Positions 23,801 to 35,277 of a stretch of DNA of 64,000 bases are shown here, piece by piece. This DNA is from Dimorphilus gyrociliatus (lineage: Eukaryota > Animalia > Annelida). The translations under genes were made by a program, and so were the position numbers. The notes beneath the pieces are model-generated. The model ran no database searches. It was not told where the DNA came from and saw nothing but the letters and a program-made list of their open reading frames with translations. The first letter of the stretch is position 1, and the number at the start of each line of letters is the position of its first letter. Location: NCBI GenBank assembly GCA_904063045.1, contig CAJFCJ010000004.1:2432496-2496495 (forward strand), given 5' to 3'.

Positions 23801-25920
23801 AATAAATGATTTAAACTAGAATTTCACTTTAACGATTCATTAAACTACAATGAATAGGCAATAAGATGGCGAATTGTATGTAAAAAGTTGAGAGAAGATA
23901 GAGCGTACAGTATAGTTTATATGTTAGGCAGAGTAGTTGTAATTAATGTCGCAGGAATATAACTCAGTGGCAGCCAATGGTATTTTTTACATTGTTAAAA
24001 GAATACAACAGTCAACATTTCACACGTGATGTGAAAATATCTAATTTTAAATGCCTAGCTATATTTGTTCCATAAACAATACCTTTTGAACTGTTTGCTT
24101 ATCCTCTTACGTAATATATTTTACCCATATATAGCCTACAGTTTATCTTAGGATAGCTTTTCAATCAAAGTTTGTGACTATAGTCCATCTACAAGGCGAT
24201 AATCCTTTAATATCAACAAGATTTGGAGATTTTAAGTAGATCCTAGGCTAAAAATGGATATTAAAGCTTTAACAAGCACTATACCGTCTTACCTGTCGAA
24301 TGGTCTAAATCTGTCTTAATTAGATGGAATGTAACAAATACATATATTTATATATATATATAAATAGCATACACAGTACATAAATATTATATACAGAATA
24401 TATATAGATCAGTTTATAAATAAAATGGAAATAGGTACATATTAGCATGTACTGTGTCTAATGTATATTTATCTAATATCTATAGTATATTATATTCATA
24501 CTGTGATGAAATCAATAGAGAAAGAAATAACAAACAAATGATTTCTAAGCTCTTTTCTCCCAATTTCGTTCGTAGAGCATATGGTAATAGAAACAGAAAA
24601 GAGGAATTGTGTAAAATGATATTAATCTTCTAAAAATATTGAGTTCTTCTTATATCAGAGACATCAATGAAATAAGATATCTTACTGTCATACAAGATTC
24701 GTTCTCTTTATTTATTTTATTCCCTATTACTTTTTATTACACATCGAAATTGTCTATTGATTTTACTGAATGAATTTTTATACTTGTTTTCTTAGATAGG
24801 ATGGATTTTACTTGGTAAAAGTCTACCATCAGACATTTTCTTTTTCCTATTCCATTCGAAAAGGAAGATAGAAATGAAGATGAAAAAAGAAACATTATTT
24901 TCTATTTCTTCCCTTATTTCCCACAAAAATAACTTTGGAAATTTTATTAATTATTTCAATTTAATTTTAGGTAACAAAATCCTTTTCCTCTTTGCCTTCC
25001 TCACTTCTCTTCTCTGTTCCTCTGTCTCTATCTATCTGTATTTTCTCTCTCTCTCTCTGTCTGTACTTTCCTACATTCTCTATTATGATAAGAAATTTGA
25101 GCCGACAGAAATTACTGTCAATGTGAGACAAATCTATATGAATATATACATTATACATATAGATATATACTAATATATATAGTATGTATTTATTTAAATG
25201 TAGCAGTGAATGAATGATAAACGAATTGTCTTAGTTTTATAAATGTAAATGCTTTCTTCTCTTCGCTTCCCGTTGAGGAGGTTTTTTCGCCAAGAAACTT
25301 GTCTAAACTTTGAAAGGTTTCTCAGTGACCTTTCCGTACTTCACTGCACATGTACGATTCCATCTTATTTCTAATTCTTAATGCTAGAAAACTATCTTAT
25401 TTCTTGCCTTTCAAAAAGGAATAATTTTTATTAAAGGAAAAGAAATATAAACTGAGAAATGAAAATCTTCCTCCCCTTCTTGTCTTGCTTTGCCTACTCG
25501 CTTCATTCATCCATTGTTGTTTATATAGAAAGTTAATGTTAAGAGAAGAAAAGAAATGAGATAATTTAACAATAATTGTATTGTTATAATTATTCAAATA
25601 AACTAATTTAATTATCTTATAATTTTTTTCTATTCCAAGCAGACGAATAATTTAGTCATTTACCAGTTTAATACTACTTATTGGCAGAGTAAAACCCCTT
25701 AGTTTATCTCCATACAAGTCAATCAAATGTAACCTTTTTGACAGGAAGAAGAGTGTGATCAGCATTGTTAAAAGTAGAAGGAATTTCCAATTATTGCCCA
25801 GAATGATTTCTAGATGAATTAGAAGAGAGAGAGAGAAAAAATAAAGAATTCTTTTAAAGGTCAAACGATAAAATCATCTAAACTAAATAGAACAAAGATG
25901 ATAATGTAATATTTTCAGTG

Positions 25921-27549
25921 TTACTCTTTCAACGAATTGATTGCGTATTCTCTAATAGATTTGCGTTGAACTTTGTTCGTATAGGTTTTATGAAGCTCAT
26001 CAATAAAAACAACATTATCAATATTGCATGCATAACCCAAAGCTGGAAAACTTGGTATGTTTTCACTGCAATACTGCAAAATGTTCTCTTTGAGAATCTC
26101 TTTGTTGTTGTCTAAATAATTCTCCTTTAATTGAACAACAGCGCATAAACTCTCCCCCAAACGGTCGTCTGGTATTCCTACGACGATAACGTCTTTGATG
26201 CATTCAAAATGTATAATTTTCTCTTCTAGTTCCAATGGAAAAAATTTTACGCTGCCGACATTTATCTCATCGCAACGCCTTCCCGTCACTCTTGCCGAAC
26301 CATCCTTTTCTATTACACCAAAATCTCCGGTATTATGCCATCCATTCAGTGGCACTACTTTACGCGTTGCCGACGGGTTGCCTCGATATTCTTTAAGGCA
26401 TCCTCGATTTTTGACCCAAATATGACCTGTCTCTCCCCTTTCAACAACCTCTCCCATATCGTTTCTGATTGTAATCTGGCTGAAAGCTGGTAATTTCATT
26501 ATAGGCTTAAGATTGTTTTTCATGAAAATTCGAAAGAACATTGCCCCAAATTCGACAGCTCCGTATACATCGATAAGTATAACATTTGGAAGTATGTCGA
26601 ACAATCTAGATAAGAAGGTATTATTTAGAACTTGTCCTCCTGTTAGTATAAATTTTAACGTTCCATCCAACTCTTTTAACTCTTCTTTATGATTAAGTGA
26701 ATCACAAAGTAAATAGCCCAAGAAGAAAGCCATTGGACATTTTTCCAATTTCAATACCTTTAAAGATTTTTTGCAGTTGGCTGTTTCTTGTGCGGTAAAT
26801 TTGGAGAAAATTGATTTTCTACCTGTAACTATCGATGTTATTATAAATCCAAAACCACCTGTATAAGACATTTGCCGATCGACAAAAGAAGTATTCTGAA
26901 AGCTGTCATTCTCTATTACTTGACATATATACGACCATTGACTATGCTGAACTAATTTGGGCATGCCAGTCGTTCCGGATGTAAGAAGAACTATCAAATC
27001 ATTTTCCGAATTAACTTTGGGTAAATTAATAGTGTCATCATTGTTTTCTTTGATTAAATCATTATAGAGAAGGAGTTTTTTTGCGGGTATATAATCAAAT
27101 TTTTTTGCTTCTCCTATTAAAACAACAATGGGAATTTCCTCGATACTACTTGAAGGGATTTCCAACAAGTAGTTTTCCTCAATAACAAGAGCATCCGGTT
27201 TAATATGAGATAGTATACCTTCCAGTTGAATTTTATTCGAGACTAATACTGTATTTAGTCCGAGTCTTTGTAAACCCATGAAAGAAATTGGAAATTCTCG
27301 ACAAGTTGGTACTAAAAGTAAGACAAGTTCGGATTTCTTTACGCTTCTTAGAAAGTTCTTGGCAAAATTTCTTGACGACTTACTCCATTCAGAGAAGGAG
27401 AGGCTCGATCTATTTATATTTCCGTCGTAGAAAACTATCGCTTCATCGTCGTCTTTATTTTCATTCTCCCTTTCATCCAGAAACTGATTTAAACTTTTAA
27501 AGCATTCAACAAAATTTTCCTTAACTGCCCCGCATAAGTAGGAAGACAT
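25921..27549 (-). CDS. Intronless ANL-superfamily acyl-CoA ligase (ACSF2-like)
   Basis: AMP-binding motifs LLTSGTTGMPK, YGAVE, GWHNTGDFG, R.DEI..G..K.FP.ELE, GIPDDRLGE and KTYTNKVQR are present. The first ATG is at 27549 (the track start at 27555 is GTG). Confidence 0.9.
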   Translation of the reverse strand: MSSYLCGAVKENFVECFKSLNQFLDERENENKDDDEAIVFYDGNINRSSLSFSEWSKSSRNFAKNFLRSVKKSELVLLLVPTCREFPISFMGLQRLGLNTVLVSNKIQLEGILSHIKPDALVIEENYLLEIPSSSIEEIPIVVLIGEAKKFDYIPAKKLLLYNDLIKENNDDTINLPKVNSENDLIVLLTSGTTGMPKLVQHSQWSYICQVIENDSFQNTSFVDRQMSYTGGFGFIITSIVTGRKSIFSKFTAQETANCKKSLKVLKLEKCPMAFFLGYLLCDSLNHKEELKELDGTLKFILTGGQVLNNTFLSRLFDILPNVILIDVYGAVEFGAMFFRIFMKNNLKPIMKLPAFSQITIRNDMGEVVERGETGHIWVKNRGCLKEYRGNPSATRKVVPLNGWHNTGDFGVIEKDGSARVTGRRCDEINVGSVKFFPLELEEKIIHFECIKDVIVVGIPDDRLGESLCAVVQLKENYLDNNKEILKENILQYCSENIPSFPALGYACNIDNVVFIDELHKTYTNKVQRKSIREYAINSLKE

Positions 27550-28215
27550 GATCACTCTTTTGTTGATACCTATGGATATATCTAAAACGAGTGAAGTAGC
27601 CCACGTTCAAACGAATTTATCTCTGGTGAAAATAACATTTATATCAGCCTTGACCTTAATTCACTTTTTGTCGATATGGCCAATCGTATTCAGTAAATAT
27701 CTAAAAGACTACTTGTATAAAATTTTTTTACAATCTGTCTATCTATTCAATAAAAATTTATCATTGATAATTTTTGTTGATTAAAATAGAAAGAAATAAA
27801 AGAATCGTACGATCCTCTTTGATTTTTAAAAAATAAAACAATTCTTTCTATTTTATCATTTCTATTGAAAATTAGAAAATGGGATTTTGTAAGAGACATT
27901 TATTGCTTTTTATAACATTTTTTTTGTCAATATTTAATGTAGATAAAAATACTTGAGACAGTTTTTCTTCTTTTTTTTTTATCATAGTCGCCTTTTGGCT
28001 ATGATTCTAAAATTGGAATAAACTAGAGTACCATTTTCTTTTTTAGATGACTGCGTAAATGCAGTAGGAATATAGTTAAAAGATGTGCATTTAATAATAC
28101 GATTCAACTATGCCGTGTATTTATGGAATTATGTAAACGAAACCTTGACATTGGAGTTTTATAGTTGTGCTTATTATATTTAAACAGTATATACTATAGT
28201 CATTGGTATTTTTAG

Positions 28216-31200
28216 TCAATCGAATAGGGGATCTGGAGGTGGGGGTGTCACGTTAGCAGTACATTCGGGAGCCTCTAGACTATATAAATCAAGCGTCATT
28301 AATCTCACTTGTATTTCATTAAGAATTAATTGGTGCAATTCTTCTCTTCCTTCGTCATCGACGATAATATTTTCTCTCCTTATTATACTCTCTAAACCAT
28401 AGAACCACGCCTTACATATTTGATCATTTCTAAAGTGCATTACAAGTTCGATATAGCTACATTTCGCCTCTGCTGATCGGATCTTTATGGTGAAACTTTC
28501 CGATTTGAAGTTATTTACTTGCGAAATATCTTTCAAGTCAACTGTAAAACGAACGTAAAATGAATAAACATTATATATACAATATATATACAATAATTAT
28601 TTAATATTGAGTACATTATAGATTAATCAATGATTAATAAAACTTACTACGAGGGGGTGTTTTATCACTGTTCGACGAACGGGGAGACTTTAAATGACTG
28701 ATAACCTTTATAAGATACTGGCCGTTGTTTGACAATATCCAATGGCTTTTAGAATCTTTTATCCCTTAATTAGGCAAAGAAATAATAGAATATTGTTTAA
28801 TTAGTTAATTATTTAATTAATTAATAAAATTTCTAGTTACCACTTAATTTCATATGACCAATACCATAATGCTTTTGCATTATCCTCACTCTGCGAGATT
28901 GAATAACATCTCCGCAATAGCTCTCTAGCTTAGCGTTCAATTCTCTAAGTTTATAGAGGAAATTATTGAATTATAATTAGTAGACTTAATTAGTATTCAA
29001 ACAAAAAATTACAGAAAATTTTTGCTATCTCTTAGATTCTTATCTTTATCAATCGCCTCTCTTTTGTTATTATCATAGATTTCGGAGAAGGAAGCCTGTT
29101 GAAGATTTTCGTTTAAGCCATCAAAGTTAAAGATATCGGTTTTTTGTAAATTTGGAAGAACTTGATATAAAATAACGAATGACGCCGCTAGTTGAGCGTC
29201 TTTTTCGCTTTTTCCCAACATTTCCGAGAAAGTTTTCGGAAAAAGATTTGCAGCTGAACAGAACAATTCTTCAAAAGCAAATTCATTGAATAGAAAGGTT
29301 AACGGTGGAAGAGAGTCGATAGAGTACGAAAGAGCATCCTCTACTTATTTAAGAAATGAAATAATAATTATTATTATCATTAATTAAGAATTCGTATGCA
29401 AATTAAATATGCAAATATTTACTGTTCTGGTCTAATTTAAGGATCTTGAGAAGGTTTGTAACCAAACATTGGCTGACTTTAATAAATGAATACGTACTAT
29501 TGATACAACTGAAAAAGAAATTCTTATCCTTTTCGTATAGATAATCTAAGCATCTTATAGTTAATTTTCCGTAGGAAAATGAAAAATCATCAATTGGATT
29601 ATTCGGATTCTTTAAAAGAGAAATTAAAAAGATATTGATAGATAATTAAAAAGAAACAAGAACAATTCAAACCCTAAATCCATTCTGTTCAAGTTTATCT
29701 TTTAAACAACTATTTGAATAGGAGGAAGTTATTTTCTTGACAAATTTATCGACTGTTTGTAAATCTTCCTGTACAAATGAAGAGAAAAGTAAATTTATTT
29801 TTTTAGTTTGGTTATTGATTTTTTTGCCCCCGTCTACTACAAACAACGTTTTATTTTCTATATAAACATCTTTCGTGTTTGTTTTCTTTTTATTATTTTA
29901 TTTTTTTTAGCTCAATGAATCGGCTTTTAAAAGTTGTAATTAATTTATTTCTTTGCTTTATTGTTGATCAATGGCAATGTATTGATTGGTGGAAAAATGT
30001 TAAATAAACCACAAATAGGCTTATTTAATTTTGACTTGAACGTGAAAAATTGTCTATAAGACATATGTACAGTCTAAAAATATTAGTATACAGTATATAC
30101 TGTATATATAGACTGATATTTAAAACTAACTGTTACGGTGTGCGTTAGTTAATTGATTCTAGTAAAAGATGATATCTTTGCAACATGATTTGTAAAGAGA
30201 GGGAGGCAGGATTTCAATTCCTTTATTCATTAATCAGAATAAATATAGGATACTGTTGTTTATATACAGTATTTTTACATTTTATTAACCTGATTCTCCT
30301 TATTCATTGGTGATAGACTATGTAATCCTACCATAGCTTTTACGGCAACAATTTGTAGAGATTTTAACTGATTCATAATCTGAAACAGTAACGATGGCGT
30401 ATTCATTGCGTCTCTTTCCAAATCTTTGATTGTACATTTAAAGAGCGGACACTCCAAAAAGATATCTCGAAGTTCGAACTTTAATTAAAAAGAAAGAATT
30501 AACTTGAACAGACGTTTTTATAAATGAACGAATATATAGATAAAAGAAAAGAAAAAAGAAAGATAAAAGACAGAAATCTATACTCAACCAGTAAGTCATT
30601 GTCCAGAAAATTTTCTGAAATATGACCGTTTAGTTTCTTCAACGCTTCTAGCTTTGTTCTAAGGTTTTCGCTGTGAAAGTGTTATAAGACTTTAATGGTT
30701 ATCAAATAAACATAAAGAAAATTTGACTTTGTCTTTCTCTTACAGCTATATACTATATATAATTAGTATTTATACAGTCTATACTAATATATATATATAT
30801 ATTCGCTCTGTATTCTACTATTTCTGTATCAATTTAATGTTTCCTCCAACTGTGAATAATTAATCATTTCAAAGATAATTTTAGGGAAGGAAAGGAAGAG
30901 AGACTAGTTAAAAATGAATGTAGAAACTAATATAAGAGGACAAGTATTCTTCTTCTTCATCATTATCATCATCACCGCCATCGTCATCGTGTTCTTTTTT
31001 TATCCTTCAGCATTTTTCTCATTTATAAATAAATGAGAAAAACAAGAAATATAAAAGATAAATATAGGCAAAGAAAATGAGTAAATGAATACGGAAATGT
31101 CTTAAAAAAAGAAACAATATCTATCCTAGTTGTAAGACCTAAAGATTAAATCAATGCTTTAAACATTCCTTCATAATCTTTAATAAAATAATTTAATAAC

Positions 31201-31337
31201 GGATTATTCTGATTATTTAAATAATATGCTTTAATATATTTTCGATAATTCTCCTCAGCTGTTGTATCTTAATATTAATAATAAAAAATAACAAAATATA
31301 GGATGCTCTACCTGCAAAGATCGGTTTTGACCTCCAT
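28216..31337 (-). CDS. ELMO-like: ELMO/CED-12-like protein (ELMO domain, PH domain, proline-rich tail), about 466 aa, lacking the N-terminal RBD/armadillo region
   Basis: Nine phase-consistent exons: 31337-31312, 30670-30589, 30478-30344, 29768-29673, 29609-29423, 29340-29013, 28944-28841, 28764-28648, 28541-28216 (1401 nt). Motifs GFRNPNNPIDDF..G.L...LDYL, FEELFC..NLFPKTFSEM and AWFYGLESII...NEIQVRLMTLDL...PPPP match the ELMO family. Confidence 0.8.
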
Positions 31338-32239
31338 ATCTTCGAAGAGTGATGATTCGTAGCCGTTTCTTTGCTATTATCTCTTTTGTTTTTATTGGCT
31401 ATAGAAAATTCTATAGAATGAGTTTAGTAAGGGAGTTGAAAATTTTCTCCCAAACTACGGTTCTGTACAAAGACAATATTGATTCAGCGCATAGCTTGCA
31501 ACAAGTAATTTGGCACAGGCCAAAATTGTTAGGTTATTGGTTAATGCTGGCAAAAAATATAGAAAAATTTTGTAATTCCTACTAGGCCTATTCTACATCT
31601 TTTTGTATCTTAGTTTGTTATTTATCCGGTGTTGATTTTAATCAGAAAAAAGAATTTTCTAGTTGTGCAAATTAATAAGATTATTGTAATAGCAATAAAT
31701 AGTCTTTTTCCGATATGTTCAATAGAGATAGAGATATCTCTTCCTCTTTCTCTTTCTCTTTCTCCTCCTCTTCCTCTTCCTCCTCCTCCTCCTCCTCCTC
31801 CTCCATCTTCTCCTTATCCTTTTCCTTCTCTTTCTCTTCATCATTTCCCTCTTAGTATCATTTATAAATTAAAAAAAATAAAAACCATTTTTTATAAATA
31901 GAATTTAAATATTTTATTTTCGTTTCAGATTTTTAACCAATTAACAAGAAAATTTCTAATTGTAAGCATCCTACAGACAAAATAGAACTCCTGAGTCCAA
32001 AGAATTGTCATAATCTGAGCATAAAAAGTTGTTTTATGTTAATGTCTAGCACCCTCATGAGCAGACCATTTTGTAATGTTTTCTGAAATTTTTTTTGTTT
32101 TATGTAGTATAACATCCAGCAGTTTTTTGTTTGTTTTATTATTAATATTTTGTTTGTTTGTAATTTTTATCTTGATTTCCCTTTCTGTTCCTTATCCGCA
32201 TCTTCTTCATTTTCCTTTTTCAAAGAAGGTTACTTTATT

Positions 32240-35200
32240 TTAACAGAGTAGTTGACTTTCTTCCTCGTTTGAATGCGGACCATTTTCTGCGATACAACTC
32301 AAAAGTGGAGCCGTATCAACTATTGGTTCAGATGATCTTCTACCAAAATACGTGTTTGTTTCTGTCTTTTTACATTGCGGAGAACTATTCCGCCTTAATA
32401 ATATATTTTCAATTGACGAAAAAATTTGTCGTCTCCTGCAGAAGTCACCCGTTTTTAAATTTTTCATTACTACGGCATGAGGTAAGCTGTGCCGCCTAGG
32501 AACATTAGCAGTTTGGTAAACTGGTGAATTATCTGGAAGACTGTGTCGTCGCTTACCAGTAACGGATCCATTGCAACGTGTAATGTCCCATTTAGGCAAA
32601 GGTTTGGCGGATGAAGTAGGAGCACTTTTCCTTCTATCTACTTTTGAATGAGGAGGTTTTAAACAGTTTGAGGTTTTCGTAGGAGCACTGTATCGTCTTC
32701 CACTATCTTCTTCTGGTTTTAAGAGATTACCTTCTTGACCTTTCTTTCTCCACATCTTTTCGTTGTAGGTGAGATTTCTGATCATTTGTCTAGACAACTT
32801 GCCGGGAGCCACATTAGACCACTCGATGAAGAGAGGACGACACATGAAGGTGATGAAATCTATATAGTAAATTTAATAATAAACCTAAATACAATATAAT
32901 AGAGATATATACAGTATATTAAAATTTACAAACTTAAATTGATTGAAGGTTTAGTCTCTCTGTCTCGATCGTAAGTAATAGGAAGACCTAATTTCTTTTC
33001 AGAATCTCCTGCAAAATGCATATATAATATATAAAATATAATATTTTCCACTTATTTTCATTCACCTTCTTATTGGATGAATTGATAAAGAATTTAAACC
33101 TATTTACGTGACCGCAAACAATATTTCTAATCAATAAAATGTTACCTCCGGGCTAACTAATTATAGGATTATTATTATTTCTATCACTATTTCTTTAAAC
33201 TTTTCCGTTGTTTTCTAGAAATATGTTTCTAGGAATTACAAGAATTGTCTTTAAATCTGGTAAAGAGTCTTTCTATTCTTCCGTTTGCAATATTCACTTC
33301 CGGAAGAGGAGAATGCGCAATACAAAAATCCTAGAATAATATGGACAATGGCGAAAGAGATTGGTGGGAAAGAAAGAAAGAATGAAAGACAAGTGAGTAG
33401 AACGGAAGAGAAAAAAAAGTATAGTATTAAAGGAGATAACATGAATAAATTCTATCTCTAATGGCCAAATAAGCTAGAATAAGCTGTTAGATGGATTGGA
33501 CAGCTGAAACGAGGGTAAGGAACAATCCACTGAAAGGTTAACTGGTCACAATGATTGATTTTTTCATGCCGACCTTTTAATTTGAAAACTTTCAAGGTCT
33601 CGATAATAAAAGAAAAAGAATAAGATAAATAAAAGAAATTGTTAGAGAGTTTTTTCAATTACGAATTATCACCAGGCTTTTATTTAATGGGAATCCTAAA
33701 TGTCTAATTATAGAAAATCGTCCGCTAGGAGGCGCATGTGTTACTCGAAGAGTTTTTTCTTTCTTAAGCGAGCTCGCGCGCCCGCTCGCTAAACTTTAGA
33801 AGTAAAAAACAATCGAACCTTGTAACCAGAATTCATCACACACTCTGTCAGCCCATCTTTGAGCAATCTTCCAAGGTTTACAAGGATTGCCTATATCGGC
33901 ACACTTAAGCGCCATCTGCAGGACAAGAATTCGGTGCTGAGTATTGCGCCAATCAATGGGTATACATTTCCTAGAAAGAGTCAAAATTTTTGGCTGTTTT
34001 GTTACATCAGTAGCTAGAATCATCATTTTCATTAAATCCACAACAAAAGAAAATTGTTCGTTATTTAAGTTATTTAGCATGCCACTTTGGCTTATTGTGC
34101 CGACGCCCATGCGCCAATGGTGCTCTTCCAAAATTGAAGAAGATCCATATAATGTAGCTAGGGGGCTCTTAGTAGCAATTAAAAAAGCCTGATTTACACC
34201 AGGATGATCGAGATCGTGAGTGAATGCTGCTAAAATTACGGCCAACTTTTCCAATGAATTTAAGTTGGGCTCAAGAGCTTGAAGACAACAATGTGATGCT
34301 TGAGCAACATCGGCAGCATGAGTGCTATTGTGATATGGATTTGTAGGTTTGTAACCAGTTTCTAACAGACAAGCAAACTTCATGAGATTAACTATGTCAA
34401 TTTGGAAGGTTGATATGAGCTGATGATAGTGGAAGAGGTGGAGGGCCATTGCCATTGTTGTTCTACCTGCAAGGGGTATACAAAGTTTTTGAGCTCTAGT
34501 TTTTTTAAATTGTCACGAACAATTATGACGGCACGAAATCATGATTAGGATTAATGATGAATGACTTTTTTTTTCAGGATTTTCTCTTTTTTTCGCTCTA
34601 TCCTTACATCCCTTTCAAAACCAAGTAATCTTAATTCTACAGTAACATTATCACTATTTAAATAACCTATTCTAGTAATAAAACAGATAGCAAAAAGTAT
34701 GATAATTATGGTAATTAAAATGACATAAATGATAAAGCTAATATAATAAAGCTTATGGTAATATCATAAAGATAGGACAATGAAATATTATAATAATGAT
34801 AACAAATATATAAAAAGAAAAGTCAATAGTCTATAAAAAAAATTATCTGAGGTATTAAACATGAAAAACAACAAGGAAAATTGATAATTATGCTTTAAGA
34901 GTAAAATTGAATATGTCTCTCTCTCTCTCTCTCTCTCTCCACCTATCTATCTATCTATCTTTCCCCTTCCTCCTTCTCCCCAGCTCTTTTCCCTTTCGTT
35001 CTCTTCCGTTCCCTGTAATTTTACTTTCTAGTTTTTCTTTGCAGATCGCTCTGTTTACTTTACAAAGTTATTTAGCTATTAGAAAAGTAATCAAACCGAT
35101 CCATTGGCTGTTTAGTTGAAAGATTTTTATGCATTGATGCCTTTCCTCTTTACTAAGCGCCCCCTAGATCTACTACTCTGTCCTACAATCTGAATCCTTC

Positions 35201-35243
35201 TGGAATGACTGACAAAATATATACATTACTCGATAAATTAACC

Positions 35244-35277
<34 letters not shown>

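Noticed and set aside
24500-25810. Scattered exon-like pieces on the plus strand, such as VKPLSLSPYKSIKCNLFDRKK
   Set aside because: They could not be assembled into a phase-consistent gene.
25921-27549. Horizontal transfer or luciferase identity for the intronless ligase
   Set aside because: The N-terminal motifs resemble animal ACSF2-like proteins and the base composition matches the surroundings. Nothing in the sequence indicates light emission, and deciding this needs a phylogeny.
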